NCBI GenBank assembly: GCA_951406725.2
Contig: OX597817.1
Coordinates: 125,612,001-125,676,000 of the forward strand
Direction: 5' to 3'
DNA from: Octopus vulgaris
Lineage: Eukaryota
DNA length: 64,000 bases
Shown: piece by piece, positions 1 through 12,888 of the stretch
Layout of the letters: every line of letters starts with the position of its first letter
How positions within the stretch are numbered: position 1 is the first letter of the stretch
The notes under the pieces: model-generated
Told to the model about the DNA's origin: nothing
Seen by the model: only the letters and a program-made list of their open reading frames with translations
Databases searched by the model: none
Position numbers and translations under genes: made by a program

Positions 1-836
1 CAATGTGGATAGGGAATCAATATACAGTGTGTCAGTCAGAGAGTTGTGGTATTGTACTGATGACAGAAATTTTGCTAATCAACAGAATCAGCAGGTTCTT
101 GTACATTTATATATTTATTTATTCATATATTCATTTATTTATTTATTTACTCATTTTGTAATATGGTCATCTGTTGTGATGTAGCCTAGGATACTGCTGT
201 GTGTTGACAATGTTTCAGAGTATGTAGTCCATAACAGTAAAGCGAGAATTAATTTTGTATAGTGTACAATCTCTCTCTGTTCAGCTGTGCTATGTTACTC
301 ACAGCCAGTTCTTACATTTCATTTGATTTGCAATTGTTCTCAGGAAGAGAGTTGGAAAGTAAAGAGAGGAAAAATATTCAGTACATGAAAATAAAGGAAA
401 AATAAGATCTAACTATAGTAAATCAACAAAAATGTGTTGCAGTATGATGATTTTCCTCTCAAATGTATTCCACTCAGAAATTAATTATTGCTGTGTATTG
501 TATTTTTCAAAGAAATTCTTTTAACAATGTAACATCATAAAACTATACTTAATCCTTCCAAAGACCACAAGTTCAACACTTATCTAAACTCACATCAATA
601 TAGAAAAAATAATTTCCATCCAAAATCACACCTCATGTCACTAATAACATTATATGGTAATACAATATTAAATAGTAACTTAATCTAGAACAGTCACGGT
701 CATACTGAAGCCACTGAAACTTTCTGAATGGAGGCTTACCTAAAAAAATCAACTTGAAATTTTTTTGGTACTGTGACTTGCTTGATTATAGAAAAATGAT
801 TCCCTATGCTTGATCTAGAACCACAAACTTGAAATA

Positions 837-1030
837 TTGGTTTCAAACTTTGGCACAAGACCAACTATTTCAGGGAGGCCTTAAGTTGATTACATCAACC
901 CAATACTCAACTGGTACTTATTTTAGCAACCCCCAGAAGGATGATAGGCTATGTCGACCATGATAGAATTTGAACTCTGAGCATAAAGATGGACGAAATT
1001 TTGCAAAGCATTTTGCTCAGTGTGCTAATG
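837..1030 (-). mobile_element. tRNA-derived SINE, family A (degenerate)
   Basis: Reverse complement carries the B-box-like GAGTTCAAATT, a GCCTaTCATCCTTcTGGGGgTtGcTAAAaTAAGTACCAGTT core and the CTTGTGCCAAA tail shared with the copies at 3.9, 6.3, 9.8, 11.9, 22.5 and 30 kb. Confidence 0.85.
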
Positions 1031-1240
1031 AAAAAACTCAATAAATTGTAAGTTACAATCTTCAGCCTATGACGTCTGAGATATTTGGAGGAGTTGGACT
1101 GCAAACCACAAAATTCATTACTGCCTCATTTAATGAAAATATCAGATGATACCTGAGAGGACACACTTGGAGGTTCCAGCATTTAAAACCAACAAAAATT
1201 CGCAGTATAGCTGCAAGTGTCTTGGCCTGCTTTCATTGAC
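1031..1240 (+). pseudogene. Relic C-terminus (REL endonuclease region) of a CRE-like non-LTR retrotransposon
   Basis: Frameshifted translation YNLQPMTSEIFGGVGLQTTKFI...WRFQHLKPTKIRSIAASVLACFH* resembles the F.P.A.E..G..G ... FQR.S+A+.RGNAAS+L ending of CRE-clade ORFs. Confidence 0.45.
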
Positions 1241-1419
1241 GAAGAAAAGATTTTTATCTTTGCATTTAGATTTTAATGCAAATATGGAACACAAATATCA
1301 AGCATATAGAATTTACAATTTGATATAAAACAAAGATGCTAGTATCATTGTAATGAAATGCAATGTAAAAATAGTAAATTAACCTAGAACTCATGAACTC
1401 TCATTATAGTGAAAATAGT

Positions 1420-1592
1420 ATCATCATCATCATCATTGTCATCATCATCATTGCTATCATCCCCACCACCGCCGCCACCGCTACCACTGCTGCCATCATC
1501 ATGACCATCACTACTGCCACAACCACATCACCACCACTGTTGCCGCCACCATCACTACCACCTCCACCACTATCATCATTGTCATTTATCAT
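1420..1592. repeat. Degenerate (CAT)n/(CAC)n trinucleotide repeat
   Basis: Direct reading; source of the low-complexity ORFs 1393-1602 and 1404-1592. Confidence 0.9.
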
Positions 1593-1926
1593 GAGTTGTT
1601 AAGAGGAGCAGGAGAGATAAATATTATCAATACAAGGTGTCAGAATATAACCTCAGGTTACAAGAAAACTAGTACAAGAGAGAATGGGGGAGGGATAACT
1701 TTGAATGCTGCATGGGTGATAAAGTATATAGATGTGTGAAAGGAAGGTTTTAATTTCAAATCACAGTAGCTATAGCAAAAAAATCAGAAATATTTTTGCA
1801 TCAATGTTTTAAAATAATTTGCTTTTTAGTATTATTCATAAACAAAATAAATCACTGGATGCCAAAGAAAAAAGAATTTGTGTCATAATAGAGTTTTGAA
1901 CAGAAGGGAAGTGAATTGCTTGTAAC

Positions 1927-2077
1927 CAGTCAGTTGGGAGACTCACCATTTTTTATCTATGGACCCTTTTGATTCTCATTTAGATGCGTTAAAGAATCTC
2001 ATTATGCTTTAAAATTTTTACAGCAAAATCTTATATGGACCGCCAAGGCCCATACGGATCCCAGTTGGGACCCACTG
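1927..2077. mobile_element. Degenerate hAT/Charlie-type MITE
   Basis: Right end CAGTTGGGACCCACTG followed by CTCTA resembles a Charlie TIR (GGTTGGGAACCACTG) and target site; left TIR is poor. Confidence 0.4.
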
Positions 2078-2797
2078 CTCTAAATGGATTGATATGACAT
2101 GAGAATTATTACAGGTTATACAAACTCTTGCATTGTAAGCTGTCACTATTTAACTAACCTATTCAAAACCAGCATCCTGGACTACAAACTTTCTGGATTA
2201 TCTCAAATCCTTTACCATACTACTGAATTGGAGCGAAATTTGAAATTCCCAACATGTTATAGGTTCTTCTCATCATTCTCCATTTAAACACTCTATTCTG
2301 GTTTGGGTACTTGATTCATTTCATACTCTCATGATTAGATCCATTTAAATATGTACTGTATATATTGCCCAAACTTTTCAATCAACTGATCTGATTAAAG
2401 TTAACTCTCTTGTTTGTTTGTTTGTTATGTTTTAGATTTTAGAAATACCGAGGAGTTGATATCTACTAACTGAACGCTTTGAGTTTGACTTTAATTTTCA
2501 TCCAACTTTTATTTTGTTTATTGTACTTGTGGAAATCTGGAGGAAAGATCAGTGCCTATGGCCTTTGCAGGCATTTCTAGATCAATGAGGCTGATGTCCC
2601 TTGAAACTTCATTAGTTGACACTTGTGAGAAAGACAATAAGCAGAGAGGAAATTTTAGAGGGATGAAATATATGAAGGATGGACTGAATATGATAATTAA
2701 TGCAGGGGATGGGTGTGATAGTAAACAAGTGTAGCAAAGTCAATTCAGTTGATTATATATGTCTTCTTGACAGTTTGAGGAATGTGACATCACTTAC

Positions 2798-2885
2798 TTG
2801 CATTGGTTTCTTTGAATCTTAGCATAAAAAGCAAACCAAATCTGCCTGTACCATAAAAAATCCACAGTCATTATTCATGGAAGGC
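2798..2885 (-). other. Candidate 88-nt exon of a minus-strand host gene (5'UTR or first coding exon)
   Basis: Acceptor ttaatttctttccag, donor CAA/gtaagt; open from ATG: MTVDFLWYRQIWFAFYAKIQRNQC; no homology recognised. Confidence 0.4.
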
Positions 2886-3860
2886 CTGGAAAGAAATTAA
2901 CAGTTATTGTCAGTAATATTAATATAGTAAAACAGAATCTAAAATCCTAGTATTTAGTAATATGCCAGTGTTAATAACAATAAATATTCTTCCTTGACTA
3001 AATTTGTCTTCGTACATATTCAGATAAAAAATCAATATTACCATTATATTTTAAATTATGTTAGCTAATACTTATGTTCAACTAGCTGAAGCAGTATTTT
3101 TCAAACTTTTATGATGTTTGATAAAGTCTTAATGCTAAATGAAAGAAATTGTCGTTATTTATATGAATGTATTATGACTTCTTCTCATAGAGAACTAAGA
3201 AATACACTCTCCAGAGAACATTAAGAAAGCTGTCGCTGTCTCACATTATACAAATGCAATTCTTTGAAAGCTCAAGTGACTAATAGGATTATCTCTAAGT
3301 ATTATCATATCATTTTATTTCAGACTAGAAACATTTATATTTTAATATGATGTAATGGGAATAATCAATTGTCAAGCGGTACTGTTATTTTAGTTATGCA
3401 ACATTTTAAATTGCTATCAATGTTAAACTTACTAAATATCGCAATAGTTAATATCACAATATACATTCAAGTTGGATCAAAAGATGGCCTACACATAATG
3501 CAGATAAATTATAGATGGAAGCCAAAGAACAATATTTTAATAATTTCTACACCATACAACATATTTTTATTGTTTAGTGAAACAGAAGCTGAAAGATTAC
3601 CTATGTCTACTTGAAACTACATAGACACCTAAAACAAGTTACAAAAGATTAGAGGCACCAAGTCATACTCACGTGCAACTGATAGTCATGACTTTTATTA
3701 ATTTAGTTTGTTTATAAATCTTATCTAATATTATAGATATAGTTTCAGTTGTAAGAATAAAGGTAAGGAGTTTTTCTATGTTTCTTTTATTTCTTTTACT
3801 TGTTTCAGTTATTAGAATGTGGCTATACTAGGGCTCCACTTTTAAGAATTCTTAGTCAAA

Positions 3861-4050
3861 AGCTGGGCGAAATGCTTAGCGGTATTTCATCTGTCTTAAC
3901 GTTCTGAGTTCAAATTCCACCAAGGTCGACTTGCCTTTCATCCTTTCAGAGTTGACAAATTAAGAGCCAGTTGCATAATACTGGGGTTGATCTCATCGAC
4001 TGACTCCTTTCCACCAGATTTCAGGCCTTGTGCCAAGAGTAGAAAAGAAT
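3861..4050 (+). mobile_element. SINE family A
   Basis: GGGCGAAATGCTTAGCGGTATTTC...GAGTTCAAATTCC...GCCTTTCATCCTTTC core; preceded by an inverted SINE-B tail fragment (about 3785-3860). Confidence 0.85.
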
Positions 4051-5262
4051 ATATCTCGTTGATGCATATTGCTTTATAATTCTCTTTATTAATTTACTTT
4101 TCCTGTGAATCGATGTAGATTAGGGGTGCTTATTCCATTCATGAATTTCTGCTGTCCAACGTATTTATATTAGTTTAAACCATCTTTCTATGTATTAGAA
4201 AGGAAGAGATTATCTTTAAGTGTTTATAGCAGTAATTAATTTGTTGAGTTAAATTTTTACTTGTGTAATATTATTTTTGAAATAAATCAAACTAAATTTT
4301 AAAGAATAATGGAAATAAAGAAAATATTAATAAAAATTATTAGACTTGAATACTGTTGTCTCTTCAATGTAACGTTTCATGGGAAATTTCTTGGAAGTAA
4401 TTTTTTGCTTTTTAAAGAATTTTGATAAAAACCCTTAAAGCAACAAAAAGTAAAAGGAAAATACAAAAATAAAAAATGATTAGCAAGTTTGACTTGCAGG
4501 CTTGAATGAATAGCAAGCATTTTAAAGGGAGGAAAAAATTTCAAATAAAAAATAGCAGAAAAGAATTTTAAAAATTCTATTTAACATCCTCTGGATATTT
4601 ATTTGTTGTAATTTAATAGAATTTCTGGAAACTAAATACAAATGTATTTTTAAATATCCATTAAAAATATATTTAAACTATAAATTTTAATTATAGGGAA
4701 CTGTGTCAAGACTTGCCCAAGATGACAATAAAGTTTCTTGTATGAATGCTTGCTAAAAGCAAAAGTAAAATAAAAGAGGTAATGTTTGGGAAACATAACT
4801 AACTTCTATTTAGGATTTGATGCTTGTTTTTATTCCTTATAAAAAGAAAACTAAATAAATAAAAACACAATTAACACTAAAAACAAAAAAAAATAATGTG
4901 CTATGTGACTTTAGAAAATATTACATTATTCTTTTTCATAAAGTAATCAGCAATATATTTTCATGAATAACTTGTATTTTTAACGGCATTTTATTCAAAA
5001 TCTGCCAATCTTTAACTGTCAGTTACTCAATCCCTATCTATAACTCACATGCACTTTGTTATATTCAGAGAGATAGTGTATGTTTTAAGTATAAAGAAGG
5101 CTGAGTCAATACAATACAATACAAAAGACAAATCAGCAGAGATGGTCACAATTTCAATATGCAAGCAAAATCTAAAAGTTGACAATTTTAAATACATGAA
5201 CACTTACATGAATATAGAGGAATTATTATGATTATGTATGTGTCTGTGTGTTGTGTTTGTGC

Positions 5263-5320
<58 letters not shown>

Positions 5321-5354
5321 AATATATATATATACATGCACACACACACACATA

Positions 5355-6087
5355 CTGGGTGGGGCAGAGAGGATGGGAAAATTCACAAGATTATTAATTT
5401 TAGCTACAAACAAATTTTATTAACCCCAATGTGTTCGTATTGAATTAGCGTTTGTCAAAATCAAGCGTGGAAAACGACATCCATCATGTGGTGTCTGTTT
5501 TCATTGATGCATTTCTGAAGGTGTTCTTGGAAATTGGCCTCCACTCTCTCCAGAATTGCTCTGTGCATAGTCCCATGTTTTCAACTGTAGCCCAATGACC
5601 AATTTGTACGGGTGGAAATGCAGGTCTTCATGCAAAATACGCCTTACCTATCGATTACTAGTGCCAAGTTCTGTGGAATTCCTCCGAGCAGAGCAATTCA
5701 GACTCTGCTTCAAAACTTTCTGACATGTTCCGCATTTCAGGGGTCTGTACCGTTCGTGGTGTCCCACTATTCTCCTATCCATTAGTGTACGAAGTGCCTT
5801 CACCCAAAGTAAGATTGTGCTCTGGGTGGGAACAGCCAGATTTCAGAGAATGTTGAAGTGACACCAAAATTCACGCTGAACTGCTGACAGACTCGTTATT
5901 CTTCATGTAATTGTCGTAGGCAAACATGCAATGTTCTATCGTCCATAGTGCCATGGCTTAACCTGAAGAGAAAAGAAAATGCTAAGACACTAAGGACCGA
6001 ATGGTACCTGTCAGACGTATGTCCCTCCTGCTGAGGCTGAGTAATAGCCATTTCAAAAACGTCTATTACTCTTTCTGCCCTACCCTG
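5355..6087 (-). mobile_element. Internally deleted Tc1/mariner-superfamily element (DD37D/maT-like)
   Basis: TA-flanked TIRs (TA-CTGGGTGGGGCAGA vs TA-CAGGGTAGGGCAGA). Minus-strand translation MALWTIEHCMFAYDNYMKNNES..VQREF..HFNI...VRRILHEDLHFHPYKL joins directly to the C-terminal ILERVEANFQEHLQKCINENRHH; catalytic domain missing. Confidence 0.75.
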
Positions 6088-6159
6088 TATGTCCGAATGT
6101 ATATATATATATACATACATACATAAATACATGGATACATACATACATACATACATACA

Positions 6160-6190
<31 letters not shown>

Positions 6191-6311
6191 TTAATTGACT
6201 ACCTTACTTTCAGTTGAGTCTCCCTGCAATCAGTTCTACAAGATAACCATGTAGGTCTTCATTGAAAAGTAGTCAACATAGCTTGAAACAGTCTGTCAGA
6301 AGATAGTCTTC

Positions 6312-6470
6312 AGTTCAAATTCTGCCGAGGTCGACTTTACCTTTCATCCTTTCAAGGTCGATAAAGTAAGTACCAGTTACACACTGGGGTCGATGCAATC
6401 GACTTAATCCCTTTGTCTGTCCTTGTTTGTCCCCTCTATGTTTAGCCCCATGTGGGTAATAAAGTAATAA
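6312..6470 (+). mobile_element. SINE family A, 5'-truncated
   Basis: AGTTCAAATTCTGCCGAGGTCGACTTTACCTTTCATCCTTT...TTGTCTGTCCTTGTTTGTCCCCTCT tail, as at 11.9 and 22.5 kb. Confidence 0.9.
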
Positions 6471-7951
6471 GACGATGGCCTTCATCTTTATTCTGCACAT
6501 GATTTGCATAGGGAAAATGTGTTTACATTCTTATTTTATCAACAGTAAAGCCTTGTAACATTTCAATCTATTTTAGTTTTCCTAATTTACTGTGCATTGT
6601 GCATAACACACACACACACACATATAAGTATGTATATGTATGTATACCTACACACACACACACACACACATATATACATATATATATATATGTATGTATT
6701 TATATATGTATGTATGTATGTATGTATACTGCATGAGTGAGAGAGACGGAAAGACAGATACATAAACATCTTGTTGAGAGTGTTATAAAGATGAGGTTGC
6801 AAATAAGCATTAATTCTGGTTATTTTAATAAGCTGATTTGGAAACCATCGATACTTTCAAATTCATGAGATGGACAATATAATCATTGTTATAATGTATA
6901 TATGTGCTCTTATGGTTTTATCAAGGGATTTCTCTTTGCATTATACTTGGGTCAAAGTTTCCATTCTTGTTCAAACCAGCATGAAGAAAATTTGATCTAC
7001 TCAACAACACTAATCAATAGCATTGTAAAATATCATTTATGTGTCTTATTATAAACAGATCTCTACATTGTATATGTTACATCAAATCATTTCCACCACA
7101 TTTCAAATATAGATTAGTACAATTATTTGAACCTATTCTTTCTGTTGGTTTATTTTGCACAAATATTTAGGAAAATTAGAAAATCTTTGGCTTAATATCT
7201 GTTTTGGAAAATTGTAAAGAAAACCAAAAGCAAAAAGTGAAATATCAATTTTTTTTTTGTCATATTTATTGTAATTTAAAAAGAAAAGAATGGGGTGGGA
7301 TGGTAGAAAGATTGCTGGAGATTTAGTTGCAATGAAATCTTGTAGAATATTAATTCATAATAATAGGAAGTCACACTTGATTTCCATATAGAAAATATTT
7401 AAAAAAAATAGAAGATACAAATCAAAATATAGTAACCGCTATCAAACATTATCTATGTTTGAACAATGGCATTAATATTGATTTTTTACGTAGGCGTAAG
7501 GCAGAAAATTTACAGGGAAGGGAAACGAGATTTAAAAAATTTTGTGCCTTTCTCATGAGGTATAGAGACAAAGAGAAATCAAGATGTTACTGAAGAGACT
7601 ATATTGCATTAACTCTGTATGTAGCACAGTAGTCTCTAAATGGTACACTTTGCGATAGTGGTGTACCAAAAACTTCTAAGTAGGAATAGCATTGAAATAA
7701 TAAGTTTATAATTAAAAAATGTAAAAATAAAAACATATTCAAATTCAAATTTTGATGACTATGTTTCCTTTATTGATTTAAAGAAGTGAGTACTTTATTA
7801 TTCTGCACAGTTTAAATTATAATCATAGGTTAATGTATATTAGCATTATAGTTTTTAATAAATTAAATTTCTTTTCTATCTTATGCACAAAGCGCGACAA
7901 AACACTTTTAATTGCACTAAAGCTGTACTTTTCATAATGAGCAATACTTAC

Positions 7952-8202
7952 CTACTCTAGAATGTGTGGGTGAATAATATTTTATATGGTTACTGGGGGG
8001 GGGGGGGGAAGTAAGTGGTAGTGTGGTGGGATAGGCACATCTTTGACAGTTTTGTGTTTATTCTTTGTTTATTTAAATTTCAACTTTTAAAAAAAATTAA
8101 TGTAATATCATGATAAACTGCTTGTTAGTTGCAGTCACAACAATGACAAAACACCAACAATGGCAACATCAGCAACATTAATGATAGACTTCAAAACTAT
8201 TA
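7952..8202 (-). other. Candidate non-coding exon of minus-strand host gene
   Basis: Acceptor tttcgtttatttattcag and donor TAG/gtaagt; no long ORF. Confidence 0.25.
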
Positions 8203-9404
8203 CTGAATAAATAAACGAAAATATTTTCAAAAATATTTTTCTTTTTTCATTCAGTGTGTTAATCATCTGTGTGTAAATATTAATGGTTTCAATGTAGTTT
8301 TGATATTCTGTATCATATTAATGATGTCTTGTGTGAAAGTAGTTTTTAAATTGAGATCAATCTATCAGCGACAATGTTTTTGAGGTGTATTTAATTGTGC
8401 TGAACTGTAGGAAGGGGACATTGAAGAGGTAATCAAGGAAGGAGGACTGATAAATAAAAGGACTGATAAATAAAAGGAAATTTACAGCTAAAATGTATCA
8501 TGAATAAAAAAAAAATTGTTTGAAATGACTGTTTGTAAGAACATAAACAACTTCATTTTTATTTAGTATATTTTGGAGTATAACTGAAGAGAGCAATTTC
8601 ATGCATTTATGTAAAGTAAATCAGCTGGGCAAAATCCATTTCTCTACGTGAATTCCTCAAGGCTGTAGTTGAATGTTTTAGCTGACAAAACACCTGTTAG
8701 ATTTATGGCACCCTTGCAATTTATGGAAGCTGCAACCATTCAGTGGAATATTTTTACATTCTACTATCTGAATAAAGTATGGATTGGATAATACAGTCTA
8801 TGTATGATATTCTTGAAAAGAAATGTGTTTGAATCCTTTTAAGCGTAGGTGAACTTGGGTGAAACCAAACTTGGGCAAAACAGCCACAGCATTTTACAGA
8901 GACATGAACTGGGTCCCGGAAATTGCATCATGGTCGTCAACACAAACTATACTAGTCACAGTCTCATTATTTTAGTTCTATGGCAAGCTGTAATTCTTGA
9001 ATGGAGATTAATTATGATTCTGATAAATGGTGAAATGTTTGATAAGTGAAGAATAAAAATTTACTCTATACAGTTAGATCTTGGTTATCCAAATAAGTTT
9101 GAAGGGTTTATTTATTGATCATACTTAACAGGATTATATTAAAAAGCACAATTATCATATAGTGTATAAAATGTTCACTCTTATGCAATCTTTGATGTCA
9201 TTTCACCATTATTTAATCACAGTAAAGTCAGTGGTGTTTGCTTTCTATTTCAGAAATGATAAAAACAATGAATTTGTAAACTTGCAACAGGTATATTGTT
9301 GGAATAAAATGATGTAATGAATCAAGTCAAATGATTCTATCATGCTTTGAAACCCTTCTGCATATCAATGATATTTACATGTTAACATTATTTTAATACT
9401 ATAA

Positions 9405-9760
9405 GCATGGCCTTTGAACGTTGGGCCTCACAGAGGCAATGACGAAAGACCAAGACCTCGGGAGATATGCTGTGGCTGTAAATACCCGACAAATAAAGTG
9501 AGTCCACAGCATATCCTACACCAGCTTCACATAACCAGCTCTCCCCAGCCCATTCAAAGTACCTTGGATCGTAGGACGACCTGCTGTGCTTACCTTGGAT
9601 CGTAGGGTAACCTGTTGTGGTTGAGGAGACCTATTGTAGAAACACTGCCAGATCAGACTGGAGCCTGGTGCAGCCTCCTGGCTTCACAGACTCCAGTTGA
9701 ACCGTCCAACCCATGCTAGCATGGAAAACAGACGTTAAACGGTGATGATGATGATGATGA
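9405..9760 (+). mobile_element. 3' end of an RTE-like LINE
   Basis: Translation TLGLTEAMTKDQDLGRYAV resembles an RTE ORF C-terminus. 3'UTR ends CCGTCCAACCCATGCTAGCATGGAAAACAGACGTTAAA-(GAT)n, and a similar tail occurs at 37.9 kb. Confidence 0.65.
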
Positions 9761-9957
9761 TAAGGTGGTGAGCTGGAAGGATGCTTAATGGAATTTCACC
9801 TGACTTCATCTTTTGCATTCAAATTTTGCTGAGGTCGACTTTGCTTTATATCTTTTGGGGTTGATGAAATAAGTACCAGTTGAGCACTAGAGTTGATGTA
9901 ACTGGCCAGCCCCTCCTCTAAAATCTCAGACTTTGTCCCTATATTAGAAAGGATTAT
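9761..9957 (+). mobile_element. SINE family A inserted at the (GAT)n tail of the RTE fragment
   Basis: TAAGGTGGTGAGCTGG head, GAGGTCGACTTTGCTTT core, AAATAAGTACCAGTTGAGCACT. Confidence 0.8.
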
Positions 9958-10979
9958 GTGAATATTATAATATTTGCCGCATAAAAGAATATCAAAGAGA
10001 TTTGTATGTTAAAATTAAAAGGATTCACTCATATGTCTGTGGATTGCTAGACCAGTAATTTGACCTGATTTGGTCTCCTCACTGAAAAATTACCTGGACA
10101 TTAAACTAAGCCAAAAATGCTTGTTCTGCTATAGACACCAATGAACAAATATTTACTGTTTTGTGGAAACTAACCCAAATCGAAATACTGGGATAGTGAT
10201 GCTTTGACATTCTGAATAATTAACTTTGAGATATTTCTCCAACACAATATATTACAGTTATTGTTGTTGCACATTTGTTTATACATTATGTTATACATGG
10301 TGATATGTTAACCCAAAGCTATTTCAAATGCAAACATTGATTTTTAACTCTATTTAAAATGATTGACTGAAATCAAACTAGTTGACAGATTGACATATGG
10401 TGATATTTTTAATGAATGTAAAGAGGATGCTCTCATTGCATTAGATTCAATAACACATATTTGAAGATGCGTTTTTACATGATCTTCAGTTATTTGAATT
10501 AATCATTGTAAACAAAAGACAGACAGACAGACTATTAGCATCAGTGTTATTCTTCAGGTAAGGTTACACAAAGCCTGGCTAATTAATAAACACAAAACAT
10601 TCTGATAGTGAAGTTCATTTGGACTTACTAAGTTTTGACTGTATAGTGAAATTATGGATAAAGTGGAAGGTAGCGATTTAGTAGAAATATTTGAAATAGT
10701 GGACTAAATAAATACTTTACAGTATTAAGTTACATGTTTCTTATTTCTGAGTTCCAATCATAATAGAATTAATGTTGCTATTTAATCACACACACACACA
10801 TACATATACTCATTAAAATTATTCAACCATACAATAAATTCCTTCTTATCCCTGTGCTCAAATAACTGGAACTTTCAAGCAACCAGCATTTGAAAAACGA
10901 TGAAGAAAAATTTGTTGTTAATTAGAGTCAAAAGAATTTGAGCTAATCTGTGTTAATTACTTAAGTGTCATTAAAAGAT

Positions 10980-11158
10980 AATTGCTACTGTATCTAAAAT
11001 GCATCATTGCTTCTCAAAGCCTGATACAGTATTTTATATTACTGCATTTAAAGTATCTGCATTTTATTAGGTTGATAAAACTTATTCTTTACCTAAATTA
11101 TATTTTTATTTCTTTCTATTTTCTCATTTCTTGTATATTCAGAGCATTAGTGATGGAG

Positions 11159-11257
<99 letters not shown>

Positions 11258-11700
11258 CGTTTTAATTAATTTTGTAAGGCGCTATGGTGATTTAAAAGTG
11301 ATGATCCAGAAAATTCAGTGACCCAGCAACGCTCTAGTATTAGATAGGAAGGAGCTTATTGTATTTTATGAAAACACACTCACAAGCATTAAATAAACAA
11401 CACCTGCAGGAAATGTAAAGTATAACTAATCATGCATCTATATTATGTAAGTAACAGAATATTTTCAATCATACTAGGTTCAATAATCGAAGTCCCCATC
11501 AAAAGTGAATACAAATACAGATTATTTAAAGCACTAACATTTTATTAGGTTGATAAAACTTATTCTTTAATGAAATTATATCGTTATTTCTTCCTATTTC
11601 TCTCATTTTTATTATGTTCAGAACATTAGTGAGAGAACTGATGTATAAAGAGAGCATTAATGAGTTTTGTAAGGTAAGTTAGAAGTGATGATCAAATATC
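10980..11700 (+). mobile_element. Two tandem copies of a non-autonomous Helitron-like repeat
   Basis: Direct repeat about 11060-11310 vs 11539-11695 (CATTTTATTAGGTTGATAAAACTTATTCTTTA...); the first copy ends GACCCAGCAACGCTCTAGT, like a Helitron 3' hairpin remnant plus CTAG. Confidence 0.5.
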
Positions 11701-11892
11701 CAGAACCAGATAATTGGTTCCGACTTCTTACACCTATCCTACAATGTCACTCTAAAACTAAGCAATCACATCCTTGAAATCTTGAAGTTGCAAGATAATG
11801 CAAGATTAATTCAAAACAATGTGAACGAATAAACATTACACTTGATAAAGTAATCTGAATGCCTAAGAGCAATGCTATATTACTACTATATA

Positions 11893-12132
11893 AGGTCAGG
11901 GAGCTGGTAGAATAATTAGCACACTGGGCGAAAGGCTTAGTGGTATTTCATCTGCCATTACATTCTGAGTTCAAATTCTACCAAGGTCGACTTTACCTTT
12001 CATCCTTTTGGAGTCGATTAAATAAGTACCAGTTATGCACTGGGGTTGATGCAATCGACTTAATCCCTTTGTCTGTCCTTGTTTGTCCCCTCTGTGTTTA
12101 CCCCCACCCCTCGTGGGCAATAAAGAAATATA
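11893..12132 (+). mobile_element. Full-length SINE family A with 17-bp TSD
   Basis: tRNA-like head, core and tail; TATATTACTACTATATA at 11876-11892 and 12133-12149. Confidence 0.92.
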
Positions 12133-12888
12133 TATATTACTACTATATAGTAATGTAGTGCTTGATATAGTGTCTGATGAAGTTGGTGTTACCAAAGTTA
12201 TTGAGTTGAAGTCTACCTATAAACTACAGATTTAATATAATAAATAAGGGAGGAGCACAAGAGAAAAGTTGAGATAGGGGAAAAAAGTACAAGAAATATT
12301 CCTTATATTTTAAATCAGATGTTTTAAAACAGATGCTGATAGTATTAACTTAGCACAGATTGAAATAACAAGGAAACCTAAATGAAGTCATTTATTCTGA
12401 TGGAAATAACAACTACACTCTATACAAGACAAGACATATTGTATAATGTAGACTTAGATAGTTTGTGTCTAAAAAGCATGAATGTATTTGATCATTTGAT
12501 CATAAAAGAGATGAGACCAGACCTTAACAACAACAAGTTATCATGGAAACAGCTAAGGGGAATTATATAAATAGAAAAAGAGGAATTATAAAGAAACTAA
12601 AAAATTACTGTTTGCTTTGCAATCATATTGCTACAAGTTTGAGCCAGATTTTGTATCAGCTTAACTCTAAGTTGTTTAACATGTTGCGAGTGAAGTTAGA
12701 TGAAAACTGCATTGAAGATAGATAAAATGTAAATGTTGTTGAGTAGTACACAATCTGTCATCTGGTTTAACAACACTATCCTTTTAGTAGGGTCTACTCT
12801 AATGCAAGCATTTGGAACAGTTCTCTATTCTGGAAATATTCTATGAATAATTCTTTCCTTAGATTCTTCGTGTTCTGAAAATGCTTGT

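Noticed and set aside
730-752. Minus-strand tttttttAG/GTAAG recursive-splice-like site
   Set aside because: Single short motif with a short pyrimidine tract; untestable without nascent RNA data
2500-2720. Minus-strand LSFSQVSTNEV..ID..KAIGTD, LINE tether-like
   Set aside because: Too short and diverged to call
9254-9290. Plus-strand 37-nt exon candidate (NDKNNEFVNLQQ)
   Set aside because: Weak donor (gtatat), no partner exons or homology; expected by chance in AT-rich DNA
12170-12215. CTGATGA followed by a TTGGT/ACCAA hairpin
   Set aside because: No GAAA box or stems I/III, so not a hammerhead
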